Of a stretch of 64,000 nucleotides of DNA, positions 1 through 9,050 are shown piece after piece. The first letter of the stretch is position 1. Each line of letters opens with the position of its first letter. The translations under genes and the position numbers were made by a program. Below the pieces are notes generated by a model that searched no databases, was not told where the DNA came from, and worked only from the letters and a program-made list of their open reading frames with translations. The stretch is from an uncultured Methanomassiliicoccales archaeon (GTDB lineage: Archaea; Thermoplasmatota; Thermoplasmata; Methanomassiliicoccales; UBA472): positions 928,001 through 992,000 of the forward strand of contig OY968769.1 in the NCBI GenBank assembly GCA_963695345.1. The letters are read 5' to 3'.

Positions 1-93
1 TGAACGGCATTCGATCCGACGAAGGGTATGGCGTTGCTGAACGCGACGAAAACTCTGCCGTCACGCCCTTCGGGGCGAACACCGACCATCTCA

Positions 94-2031
94 CTACTCG
101 GGACGCCGCCATCCGCCTGCTGGAACCGTTATCTCGAAACGCGCTCCCCGTCCTGGCTGACCGCATTCCCGGATGGTGGTATCGGTTATGGCGAGCACTT
201 CCCGGATCAGGAACAGACCCAGGCCGGTGTTCTTTCCGTGCCCCTTCTTGAAGATCAGTTCCTTGTCCTCAGCGGCGATGCCCACCCCGTTGTCCTCATA
301 GATTATCTTCATGGCGTCGCCAACCTGCTCGGCGCTCATCTTTACCCGGTTCACATGTTCCCCATGCCGCATGGAGTTATCGATGAGGTTGTAGGGGACC
401 TTCATGGCCAATGGGTCGATCAGGATCTGCACGCCTCCGGTGTGCTCCTCGAAAGCCACTCCCTTCAGGTGAAGCTGGACAAAAGCCTCGGCGGTCTGTC
501 GGCCGATCGGTACCCAGGTTGGCGATTGGCTTCCTATGTCCTGATAGTCCCTGGTAAAGGCGATCTGTTGCTGCACGTTCGTGGCCGCCCGGGACATTTT
601 CTCCAGATACGCGATCATCTCGGGATCCTTTTCCCTGAGCTTGAACAGGGTCATGTATCCGGTAAGCACCTGCATCTGATTGAGAATGTCATGCCTGGTG
701 ATGCTGTTCAGCATACCCAGCTTGAGACTGGCCTGTCTGAGCGCCTCTTCCGCCCGCTTGCGTTCGGTGATGTCCTGGGCGCTGGTTCGGAAACCGATCG
801 AATGGCCGTTGGAGTCCATGATAGGCCTCCATGAGATAGAGATCCAGAATTTCGAGCCGTCCTTGCGCAGCGCCCTGACCTCCAGGCTGTCCCCGCTCCC
901 GCCTTCTATCGCCTTTCGCATCTTGTCGAACACCTTTGGGTGGTCCTCTTCGACAATCGCCATGTCCGTGTAGTTCTGAGCGGTGATGAATTCCTCAGGA
1001 GTGTATCCAGTCAAGGCGATCGAATAACTGTTCATCCACAATAGTCTGCCCTGAGGATCGAACCAGGCTTCCCAGCTGGCAGCATAGTTGGCGATGGCTT
1101 TGAACTTCTCCTCGCTGGCCTTGAGGGCATCCTCTGCCTTCTTGCGGTCCGTGATGTCCGTAATGATAACGGTGAACTGCATGGGGGCGTTGCCGTAGAC
1201 CGAAACCTCGAAATGCCGGTCCAGCGCCTGGGAGTAGCTCTCGAAGTGGTCCGGAACTCCGGTCAGGACCACCCTGCCGTATCTCTCGATCCATGTCGGC
1301 TCGACCGTTTTCAGGGTCTCCATCACAGTCTTACCCACAACGTCGGACCGTTTCAAACCGGTCATGCTTTCGAACTCTGCGTTAATCTCGATGAAACGAT
1401 AGTCGATCGGGATCCCGGCCTCGTCACAGATGATCTCGTGGACCGCCGCCCCGTTGATCATACCCTCGAACAGACTGCGATACCTCAACTCGCTTCCACG
1501 CAGTTGTTCCTCCGCGGCCGCCCTTGCCTCATTCCCGGCCTGAATCTTCTCCAGCTGCTTGCTCATTTCCAATTTTGCCGCAGCCAGTTCCTTGTTCGCC
1601 CGCAACAGCTTGCGGTTCCGCTGCTCCACTTCCTTATCCGCCTGCCGTTTCCGAACAGCCATCCGAAGACGGTGCTCGAGCTCTACGTACATCGGAGCGG
1701 GCATTCCGCCCTTCTGAAGGTAGGAATCCGCCCCATTGTTCAGGGCCTCTATGACCACCTCTTCCCTTCCCTTTCCCGTAAAGAGTATGAATGGTGTCTG
1801 GTCGCCGGATGCCCGCAATGATTTCAAGAATTGGATGCCGTCTTCGATGGGCATCTGATAATCGGAGACAATGGCGTCATATTTCTGGCCCAGCAATGCC
1901 TCCCGGGCCTTGGCCACGGAGGTTACGTTGTCGACCTGTATCTCCCCGGATATCTCAAGGAACTCCTTGCACAAGGAACCTAGGTCTGGCTCATCATCGA
2001 CCGCCAGTACCCGAATGCGAGGAGAGGACAT
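94..2031 (-). CDS. Hybrid sensor histidine kinase (REC - coiled coil - 2x PAS - H-box - HATPase_c)
   Basis: N-terminal receiver (VDDEPD, IVSDYQMP, FTGKG, YLQKG), PAS/PAC repeats (DITDRK, DITERK), H-box TRHDILNQ, N-box NLIDNS, G-boxes DNGVG and TGLGLF. Confidence 0.93.
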   Translation of the reverse strand: MSSPRIRVLAVDDEPDLGSLCKEFLEISGEIQVDNVTSVAKAREALLGQKYDAIVSDYQMPIEDGIQFLKSLRASGDQTPFILFTGKGREEVVIEALNNGADSYLQKGGMPAPMYVELEHRLRMAVRKRQADKEVEQRNRKLLRANKELAAAKLEMSKQLEKIQAGNEARAAAEEQLRGSELRYRSLFEGMINGAAVHEIICDEAGIPIDYRFIEINAEFESMTGLKRSDVVGKTVMETLKTVEPTWIERYGRVVLTGVPDHFESYSQALDRHFEVSVYGNAPMQFTVIITDITDRKKAEDALKASEEKFKAIANYAASWEAWFDPQGRLLWMNSYSIALTGYTPEEFITAQNYTDMAIVEEDHPKVFDKMRKAIEGGSGDSLEVRALRKDGSKFWISISWRPIMDSNGHSIGFRTSAQDITERKRAEEALRQASLKLGMLNSITRHDILNQMQVLTGYMTLFKLREKDPEMIAYLEKMSRAATNVQQQIAFTRDYQDIGSQSPTWVPIGRQTAEAFVQLHLKGVAFEEHTGGVQILIDPLAMKVPYNLIDNSMRHGEHVNRVKMSAEQVGDAMKIIYEDNGVGIAAEDKELIFKKGHGKNTGLGLFLIREVLAITDTTIRECGQPGRGARFEITVPAGGWRRPE

Positions 2032-2331
2032 ATAACGATATTAAACAGGAATTTCTATATTTATGGACTCGTACTCGAGTATCAAGCAACGTTATGGATG
2101 AATCTCATTCCGGCCTTCTGGGAAGAACAGAACCGATGCCGTTTGGAGTGGTTGGATTGGCTCATATTCAATATCGATTCATTCAGCGGGCAGGGATCCC
2201 GGTTCCTTGCCTGGAAGATTGTCAGCAAATCATCATTGAGGACCGATGAAGGTCATTACCGTTATTATCTGGGCGGAAATAGGTTTCACCGGTGGAGATC
2301 GGTGGTGACCTTGGAACTGTGAATATCTAGT

Positions 2332-2463
2332 TCATTTCTTCTGTAACTTGGCCAACTTCTTCTTCGCTGCCCCGCTACCGGCCGCAGCCTTGCTTTCAAG
2401 ATCTGCCTTCTTCTCGTTCTTGCTTGCCTTTTGTTTCTTGATATCGTTCTTCGAAATGCTCAT
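2332..2463 (-). CDS. 43-aa Lys/Ala-rich basic small protein (not in ORF track)
   Basis: Hand translation MSISKNDIKKQKASKNEKKADLESKAAAGSGAAKKKLAKLQKK*; GAGGT just upstream of ATG, AT-rich TATA-like element further upstream, imperfect hairpin at ~2281-2311 downstream. Confidence 0.7.
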   Translation of the reverse strand: MSISKNDIKKQKASKNEKKADLESKAAAGSGAAKKKLAKLQKK

Positions 2464-2711
2464 GACCTCGTATGTGGCAATTTTCTATTTATGTGATAAG
2501 TAGCCACTACGGTTATGAGGAATCAAGAATCCGGAATACGGGGACATATCAGCCGGCTATATTGTGTTTGATCGTCTCTAACGGACCGGATTCCTGGATA
2601 ATGCTTACAGGCATTCGGTTCGATCGGGCCACCCTCCGTCGATTGTGACCTTCGATGACGCTGAGCCGAAAACAATTCTCCTGGTAGGAAAGGTAGGTGT
2701 CACGTTCGTAC

Positions 2712-3137
2712 TTACTTGCTGGGAACGATCATCAATGGAACCCTTACATGGTGGGATACTCTGCTGGTTACGCTCCCGAGCAAGAAACCTTCGACACCGC
2801 CCAGTCCCCTGCTGCCCATCACTACTAGATCATATCCCCTGTTAGATTCGTCTATTATCCCCTTTGCCGGGTGCCCGATTCCATGTACAACGTTGTACGG
2901 AACTCCAGCCGCCTCCAATATTTTTTTCGCACCCTCGATCTTTTCCAGTTCCGCCATGGGAATCTCCTTGGCAGCATATCCCTTTCCGCCGGTGTTGGGT
3001 GGTTCCCAGACATATACCAGCGTTACCGATGACCCGAACTTCATGGAGATCTCAGCAGCTCGGTTCACAGCCTCCTCGGAGGATTTCGATCCGTCGACGC
3101 ATGCCAGTATCTTTTCGTATCCTGTCATCTTTCTCAC
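2712..3137 (-). CDS. uspA: Universal stress protein (UspA family)
   Basis: KILACVDGSKSS N-terminus; DLVVMGSRGLGG..LLGSVT..V motif. Confidence 0.93.
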   Translation of the reverse strand: MRKMTGYEKILACVDGSKSSEEAVNRAAEISMKFGSSVTLVYVWEPPNTGGKGYAAKEIPMAELEKIEGAKKILEAAGVPYNVVHGIGHPAKGIIDESNRGYDLVVMGSRGLGGVEGFLLGSVTSRVSHHVRVPLMIVPSK

Positions 3138-3454
3138 CTATATGATATTCGCATCTGGTTGGTAATTAAATATTTCCCTGGTTCGAGGGGCCCTGCATGT
3201 CATGGTAGTTTTAATCCCGTTCAAGAATTGAATAAGTACGGAAGGTCGGCTTTCCCTACTTTCTAAAACTAACTGAATCTCAGATGGTCCCGACCCCTTA
3301 ACCTGTGACACTGGAATCAATTCGAAAAGGCAAATTCCAGGGTCCACAATGAAGCCGATATCTTCACCATATGTGGAGGTCACAACAATAACGCAGGTAG
3401 AATTTTATCGGACGGGAGAACTTCTGGAGATCCAAGTGTAAAAATGATAAGAAG

Positions 3455-3527
3455 TGGGCTCAGCCGGATTCGAACCGGCGACCTTCTGCGTGTGAGGCAA
3501 ACGTCATAACCGCTAGACCATGAGCCC
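3455..3527 (-). tRNA. tRNA-Val(CAC), no encoded CCA
   Basis: Reverse complement GGGCTCATGGTCTAGCGGTTATGACGTTTGCCTCACACGCAGAAGGTCGCCGGTTCGAATCCGGCTGAGCCCA: acceptor stem GGGCTCA/TGAGCCC, T-loop GTTCGAATC, anticodon loop CT-CAC-AC. Confidence 0.95.
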
Positions 3528-3701
3528 TTGAACCCCACAACATCACTTCAAGGTATTAATTCCTGACGGTGCTGGCATCAACTGGCGCCCCGTCCCTTGG
3601 AGAGGAAAGGTGTATGGAACTGCCATGCCCCTACCATTGTTTCGACCCTCGCCGATTGTACCCGGCAATGGTTTTAAGCCCTGTGGACATTGGCGTTCTG
3701 A

Positions 3702-5831
3702 ATGCCCGGTATGTTCTGCGACCGCTGCAAATCGATCATGACCCCAGTGGGCGACCGGCTCGTCTGCCGCAACTGCGGGATGACCCGTTCCAGGGATGGC
3801 GGGAGAGGTTCCAGCGGTGGACAGGGTCAGGCCATCAAGCCAAAGTTCCAGACCAGGCTTGCCGGGACCCGCGAGGAGAAGGAGGAAGAGGTCCGTGAGG
3901 AATCAGCCCCTCCTCCGAACCCGGACGCCAATTCCATATTCCCTTACTTGCCCAGGCCGCACCAGATGGATTTTGTGAAACTGATCGGAGAGGTACTTGA
4001 GTCCAGGGGCAACCTGGTGGTCGAATCGGGCACTGGCACCGGCAAGACCGTATGCGCTCTCGCCGGAACGGTGGAATATGCCCTTGCCAACGACAAACGG
4101 GTGGTGTACATCACCCGGACCAATTCCCAGGCGACGATCGCGATCAAGGAGCTGCGCGCCATCAGCAAGCGGAGGAACGTCCTGGGCATATCGCTCCAAG
4201 GACGGAGGAACAGTTGTCCCATGCTCTCCGAGATGTCGGTCGATAACCTGACCCCGGGAGAGCTGTCTCGGGTGTGCGAGCACAAGAAGAAGAACACCCG
4301 GGACGGGGTCAAGGGGGGCTGCACCTACTATGCTAACACCGTTCATCTGGGCCATTCATATTTCAAGAACTATTGCGCCGACAACGTTCCTACTTCCGAT
4401 GAGCTCTCCCGGTTTTGCGAGGCGGACGGCGCTTGCCCGTACGAGGTGGGGAAGATGCTCATGCCGGAATCGAAGGTGGTCATCGCCCCCTATCCCTATA
4501 TCATCTCCAGCGAGGTGAGGCACCATTTCCTCGAACAGCTCCAGGCGGAGGCGGAGGACCTAATATTGGTGGTTGACGAGGCCCATAACCTGGCCGACGC
4601 CGCCCGGGACGCGGAGAGCATACGGATCACAAAAAAGATCGCCTCCATCGTCACGATCGAGGCTGGCGAAATGGGAAACGCCCAGCTGTCCAAGGATGTT
4701 GACCTGAAGAGGTTCGCCGGCGCGCTCTTCGGCGTTCTGGACCGGGCCGCGGAGCTGTGCGCCGACTCAGGCAAGGACGAGGTAGCCCTGGGCCGAGGAT
4801 TCCTTGAAGGCACCCTGTGCGAGGCGCTGGGCTGCGACCGGGGCGAGTTGGCCGAGATCGTCGCCGAGATGCAGGCCACCGGAGAGGAGATGGCCTACAG
4901 GCGTCTCCAGAGCGGAAGGGAGCCGACATCGGCGACATTCACACTGGGAAGGGACCTGACCAACTGGGTGGCCTCGGACAACGCCCGCTATGTGAGGAGG
5001 GCCACGATGGAGGAGGGCGGCATGATCGAGGCATACTGCCTGGACCCCAAGGGAGCGCTCTCTTTCTTCCACGAGGTCCATGGTTCGATACACATGTCCG
5101 GGACACTGAGACCGCTCGACCAGTATGTCCGGGTCACGGCATTGGGCGACAATACCAGGACCGCCATATTCGAATCGCCCTTCCCCAAGGAGAACCGGAG
5201 GGTGCTCTTCGTGGAGGATGTCGAGGCGAAGTACGAATCGCGCTCAGACCCGAACGCCGTTCAGAAGCTTCACGACTACGTTTCCGATCTGGCAAATGCG
5301 GTCTCCCGTAACACGATGGTGTTCTTCCCGTCCCACGCCATGCTGCATAATTACCTGTACCGGAACGAGAAGCTGCTGACCAAGAAGGTCTACCGGGAGG
5401 TGCAGGGCGAGTCACAGGAAAAGCTGGTGGCCGATATCGGACGCTTCAAACGGGATTCCCGGAAAGGGGCGGTATTCTTCGCCGTGATGGGCGGACGGGT
5501 GTCGGAGGGACTGGACTTCCCTTTCGACGAGCTGCAACTGGTGGTGATCGTCGGAATTCCCTACCCCAAACCATCTTTGTGCCAGGAGCGTCTGCGCGAG
5601 TTCTACGATCAGCGCTTCGGGGGAAAAGGCTTCGAGTATGCTGTCAACGTTCCGGCGGCGCGCCGCATGATGCAGTCGATCGGCAGGCTGATCAGGACGG
5701 AAAAGGACGTCGGTTGCGCCGTGGTGCTGGACAGCCGGGCCCCCCGATTCATGAGATACCTGGAAATGGAGAAAAGCGAGGACCCGGTCGCGGACGTCAA
5801 GAATTTCTTCGTCGGACGACCGGGCCGTTGA
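3702..5831 (+). CDS. xpd: XPD/Rad3/DinG-family Fe-S SF2 DNA helicase with N-terminal TFS/RpoM-like zinc ribbon
   Basis: Q-motif FPY.PRPHQ, Walker A GTGTGKT, four Fe-S Cys (NSCP, RVCE, GCTY, ACPY), DEAH, SGT, EGLDF, QSIGRLIR; N-terminus MFCDRC..LVCRNCG. Confidence 0.92.
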   Translation: MPGMFCDRCKSIMTPVGDRLVCRNCGMTRSRDGGRGSSGGQGQAIKPKFQTRLAGTREEKEEEVREESAPPPNPDANSIFPYLPRPHQMDFVKLIGEVLESRGNLVVESGTGTGKTVCALAGTVEYALANDKRVVYITRTNSQATIAIKELRAISKRRNVLGISLQGRRNSCPMLSEMSVDNLTPGELSRVCEHKKKNTRDGVKGGCTYYANTVHLGHSYFKNYCADNVPTSDELSRFCEADGACPYEVGKMLMPESKVVIAPYPYIISSEVRHHFLEQLQAEAEDLILVVDEAHNLADAARDAESIRITKKIASIVTIEAGEMGNAQLSKDVDLKRFAGALFGVLDRAAELCADSGKDEVALGRGFLEGTLCEALGCDRGELAEIVAEMQATGEEMAYRRLQSGREPTSATFTLGRDLTNWVASDNARYVRRATMEEGGMIEAYCLDPKGALSFFHEVHGSIHMSGTLRPLDQYVRVTALGDNTRTAIFESPFPKENRRVLFVEDVEAKYESRSDPNAVQKLHDYVSDLANAVSRNTMVFFPSHAMLHNYLYRNEKLLTKKVYREVQGESQEKLVADIGRFKRDSRKGAVFFAVMGGRVSEGLDFPFDELQLVVIVGIPYPKPSLCQERLREFYDQRFGGKGFEYAVNVPAARRMMQSIGRLIRTEKDVGCAVVLDSRAPRFMRYLEMEKSEDPVADVKNFFVGRPGR

Positions 5832-5832
5832 C

Positions 5833-6555
5833 CTACTCGGAAAGCACCCTGGTGGCGCGGAACGAGGCATGGTCGAAAAGCAATGAGAAGTAGTTTCCAG
5901 CATGGTTGGTGGAACGCATCTTTACCACCCGGATGCGGCGCTGAACATCGGTGTCCCCGATCTCCGCCATCTTCAGCAATATGACCCCGTCCGCCAGGTA
6001 CGCCTCGTCCCGGTGGTGGCAGTTATACTGGTCCGGGTTGCACTCGGATATCAGGAAGCAGGTCACGCCCATTCCCCGGAGCCACTCGAACATGTAGAAC
6101 AGTTCCGCCCTTCGTTCCTCCGGCTTCATCTGCGCCGCCATCTCCAGGACGTCGAGCGAGTCCAGTATCAGGATCTCATAGCCGAGGGAGGTCTTCAGGT
6201 TCTCCGCGTACATCTTGAAGACCTGCATCCAGCTACCTTTTGCGGACAGTTGCGTCAAGGATTTCCTGATGATGCCCAGGTCAAGAACGTTCACCGTGTC
6301 GCGGACCAGGTCCGGGTTCATGCCCATCGATTCCATCTGCTGATTCAGGCCTTCCCGGGACTGCTCCAGAGTCATGTAGAGCGATCTTGTGCCGCTTTTC
6401 AAGGCGTTCTGATAGATTATTGAGTAAGCGATCGAGGACTTCATGGTTCCTGGCGCACCCGCTAGAAGAACCAGATGCCCTTTGGGAACGCCTCCTCCCA
6501 TATTCTCGTCAAGGTTCTCGATGAAGGTCTTAACTCGCGAAATCTGCATTCCCAC
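5833..6555 (-). CDS. KaiC-like/RAD55-family RecA-superfamily ATPase
   Basis: LDENMGGGVP, GAPGTMKS, LEQS, Walker B LILDS, YLADG, VKMR. Confidence 0.9.
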   Translation of the reverse strand: MGMQISRVKTFIENLDENMGGGVPKGHLVLLAGAPGTMKSSIAYSIIYQNALKSGTRSLYMTLEQSREGLNQQMESMGMNPDLVRDTVNVLDLGIIRKSLTQLSAKGSWMQVFKMYAENLKTSLGYEILILDSLDVLEMAAQMKPEERRAELFYMFEWLRGMGVTCFLISECNPDQYNCHHRDEAYLADGVILLKMAEIGDTDVQRRIRVVKMRSTNHAGNYFSLLFDHASFRATRVLSE

Positions 6556-6641
6556 CGCTCCCTTTTTCCAAGAAATTGTCGCCCGATGTTTTTAATCTAT
6601 GTTTCCAAATGTCCGACACTGGTAATCATTTTCGATACCCA

Positions 6642-8192
6642 TCAGTGATCGACTATCGGTATGGTGAGGTTGAAATGTTCCCCGTCATGGAACATCGCGT
6701 AATAGCGGGTGTCAACGTTCATCCCGCGCAGCTTGGGACAGCGCACCCATCTCTGCACCTTCGACTCGTCCAGCTGCCTCATCAGTATCTCGATGGCCCC
6801 ATCCGCCAGATACAGTTCGCTATCCGCGCTATCCACCAGCTGGTCCATCGGCTTCTCCGAGATCAACATCACGGTGATGCCCAGGGATTTGAACCAATCG
6901 AACAGGTCCTTGAGGTCCTGGCGGGTGAACTCATGATCGGAAACCGCCTTGAAGGAATCGAGGGAATCGAGCACGAAGATGCGGAAAGGACGCTCGGCGA
7001 ATACGTTCTTGACGTACCGCAGGAGTATCTCCCTCCAATCGCCTTTGGAGGCTTCCATCTCCTTGCGCAGGTCGACCATGTCGACCACCATCATGTGCTC
7101 GACGGCATGGGGCGATGGCATCTTGAGCCGGCCCATCTGCCTCAATATCGAGGCCCGTGTCTGTTCCAATGAGAAGTACATGGAACTGACCCCATCGTAC
7201 AGGGCGGCATTGTGGAGAATGGTATAGGTGAGGGTGGACTTCATGGTACCGGGGGCACCATTGACCAGTATGACGTGCCCTTCTGGAATGCCTCCGCCCA
7301 GAATGGTGTCGAACTTCTCGATGTGAGTGTGGATCGTCCTATCCGGGCCTGACGCGGGAATACCGGCCCCGATCTGTATGTCCAGCTCCGGTCGGACTAT
7401 CCTCACCAGTTCGGCCACCTTCGCCTTGATGTCGGCGCGGGCGTCCTCCTCCTCCCCCTCCATCTTCTCGCCGATGGTGCATCTGACCTCTGCCTTGACC
7501 AGCCGATGAAGCTCCACGATCTGATTGGTGGCCTCGGCGAGCTGCTGCTTTGCCAGCTTGAGCTCCGAGGTCAATCTGTCCTTCTCGGTCAGCTTGGCCT
7601 CCAGTTCCTCTTCGAGGGCTTTTTTCAGCTTGACCTTCTCGTTCTCGATCGCCGCCCCGTACTTCTTCCTTATGTCATCCAGCTTCTGGACGTCGGCGGC
7701 GGTTATGCGCGAGGACTTCAGCTTGTCCTCCAGAATCATGATCTCCTGTATGCCCTTGTCGAACTTCTCCGACATGAGCTCCAGCTCCTGCTCCTTCTCC
7801 CGGATGGACATCTCCTTGCATTTGATCATTGTCTGATCGGACTCGAACTGCCTCACCGATTCCTCAAGCTGATTCTGGTCCTTCTCCATCTTGTCGAAGG
7901 TGTCCCGCATCCGCTTTTCCTTCTCGATGATCGCCTTCTCCCGGGCGGAGATCTCCTTGTCCTTTTCCTCCAGCATCTTCCGCAATTTGGACAATGATGT
8001 GAAATCCGACGAATCCAGACGGATCTGGGTCTGCTCCTCGGCGATGACCTTGTCAATAACGATGTTGGAGGGCATATCCCCCTCTCTCTGTGAACGGGGG
8101 TCGATCTTCCTCAGCATCTCTCCGCAACGGTCACATTGGATGTCGTTCGGTTTTACCCCTGAACCGCACCGCGGGCACTCGTATTTTGACAT
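6642..8192 (-). CDS. Zinc ribbon - long coiled coil - KaiC-like ATPase fusion
   Basis: CPRC...CDRC N-terminus, ~200-aa E/K-rich heptad region, C-terminal GGGIP/GAPGTMKS/FVLDS/YLADG/KLR domain. Confidence 0.88.
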   Translation of the reverse strand: MSKYECPRCGSGVKPNDIQCDRCGEMLRKIDPRSQREGDMPSNIVIDKVIAEEQTQIRLDSSDFTSLSKLRKMLEEKDKEISAREKAIIEKEKRMRDTFDKMEKDQNQLEESVRQFESDQTMIKCKEMSIREKEQELELMSEKFDKGIQEIMILEDKLKSSRITAADVQKLDDIRKKYGAAIENEKVKLKKALEEELEAKLTEKDRLTSELKLAKQQLAEATNQIVELHRLVKAEVRCTIGEKMEGEEEDARADIKAKVAELVRIVRPELDIQIGAGIPASGPDRTIHTHIEKFDTILGGGIPEGHVILVNGAPGTMKSTLTYTILHNAALYDGVSSMYFSLEQTRASILRQMGRLKMPSPHAVEHMMVVDMVDLRKEMEASKGDWREILLRYVKNVFAERPFRIFVLDSLDSFKAVSDHEFTRQDLKDLFDWFKSLGITVMLISEKPMDQLVDSADSELYLADGAIEILMRQLDESKVQRWVRCPKLRGMNVDTRYYAMFHDGEHFNLTIPIVDH

Positions 8193-8219
8193 TATGAGAC
8201 TCCAGACTCTGCTCTGATC

Positions 8220-8936
8220 TCACTCTGATATCACTCTGGTCACCTGGAACTTGCTGCTGTTGTACAGCAGCGAGTAGTAGGAAGGATCATGATTGGTCTC
8301 CCTCATCTTGACGCAGCGTATGCGCCTCTGACTCTCCACGTCCCGGATGACCTGCATCTTAAGAGTGATGATACCGTCCGACAGATATCCTTCGTCGAAC
8401 TTACCGTCCATCATCCTTTCCGAGGATGATTCGGAGATGAGGAAGACGGTGGCGTCGAGGTCACGCAGCCATTCGAAAAGGTAGAATAGCTCCGTCCTCC
8501 GGTTGGTTATCTCCGCCATCGTTTCCAGCACCTCCAGGGAATCGATGACCAGGATGGAGTAATTCATGTTCTCCTTGAGGTTGGAAAGATATGATTTGAA
8601 AACGTGCAACCAGGAACTGCCCGCCGATATCTCCTTGAGCTTTTTCCGGATGACCCCGAGGTCGAGGACGTTCAGTTGGTCCTTGACGCTGTCGGTGTGC
8701 ATGCCCATCTTCTCCATCTGCCGGAGAAGGGACTCCCGGGATTGCTCCAGCGTGACGTAGACGGAGCAGGCGTTGTTCTCCAGGGCATGGTTGTACAGCA
8801 TATAGTACGAGAGCGATGACTTCATTGTACCCGGAGTTCCTGCGAGGAGAACGATATGGCCGGTGGGAACGCCGCCCTCCAGTATCCTGTCAAATCCTTC
8901 GATATAGGTCTTCAGCCTTCCGTTCACATTTTCCAT
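8220..8936 (-). CDS. KaiC-like/RAD55-family RecA-superfamily ATPase
   Basis: GFDRILEGGVP, GTPGTMKS, LVIDS, YLSDG, VKMR. Confidence 0.9.
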   Translation of the reverse strand: MENVNGRLKTYIEGFDRILEGGVPTGHIVLLAGTPGTMKSSLSYYMLYNHALENNACSVYVTLEQSRESLLRQMEKMGMHTDSVKDQLNVLDLGVIRKKLKEISAGSSWLHVFKSYLSNLKENMNYSILVIDSLEVLETMAEITNRRTELFYLFEWLRDLDATVFLISESSSERMMDGKFDEGYLSDGIITLKMQVIRDVESQRRIRCVKMRETNHDPSYYSLLYNSSKFQVTRVISE

Positions 8937-9050
8937 CGATTACGCACTCCCAGGAACGTACTGGCCAAAATGGTCTGGGTACGTCAACGTGCATTCAGCG
9001 TTTTTGACATATAAAATAGATTTGACCTGCTTATCGGAGGTTGTTTTTTA

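Noticed and set aside
6-17. 12-mer GGCATTCGATCC also present inverted near 62337, close to the second kinase
   Set aside because: Many 12-mer matches are expected by chance in 64 kb, and the flanks do not extend the match
3138-3383. 81-aa ORF between uspA and the tRNA, and short ORFs at 37895-38277
   Set aside because: No motifs, atypical composition, and they overlap probable promoter regions
5833-8936. A true circadian KaiABC clock
   Set aside because: Single-domain KaiC-like proteins without the CII Ser/Thr phosphosites, and no kaiA or kaiB
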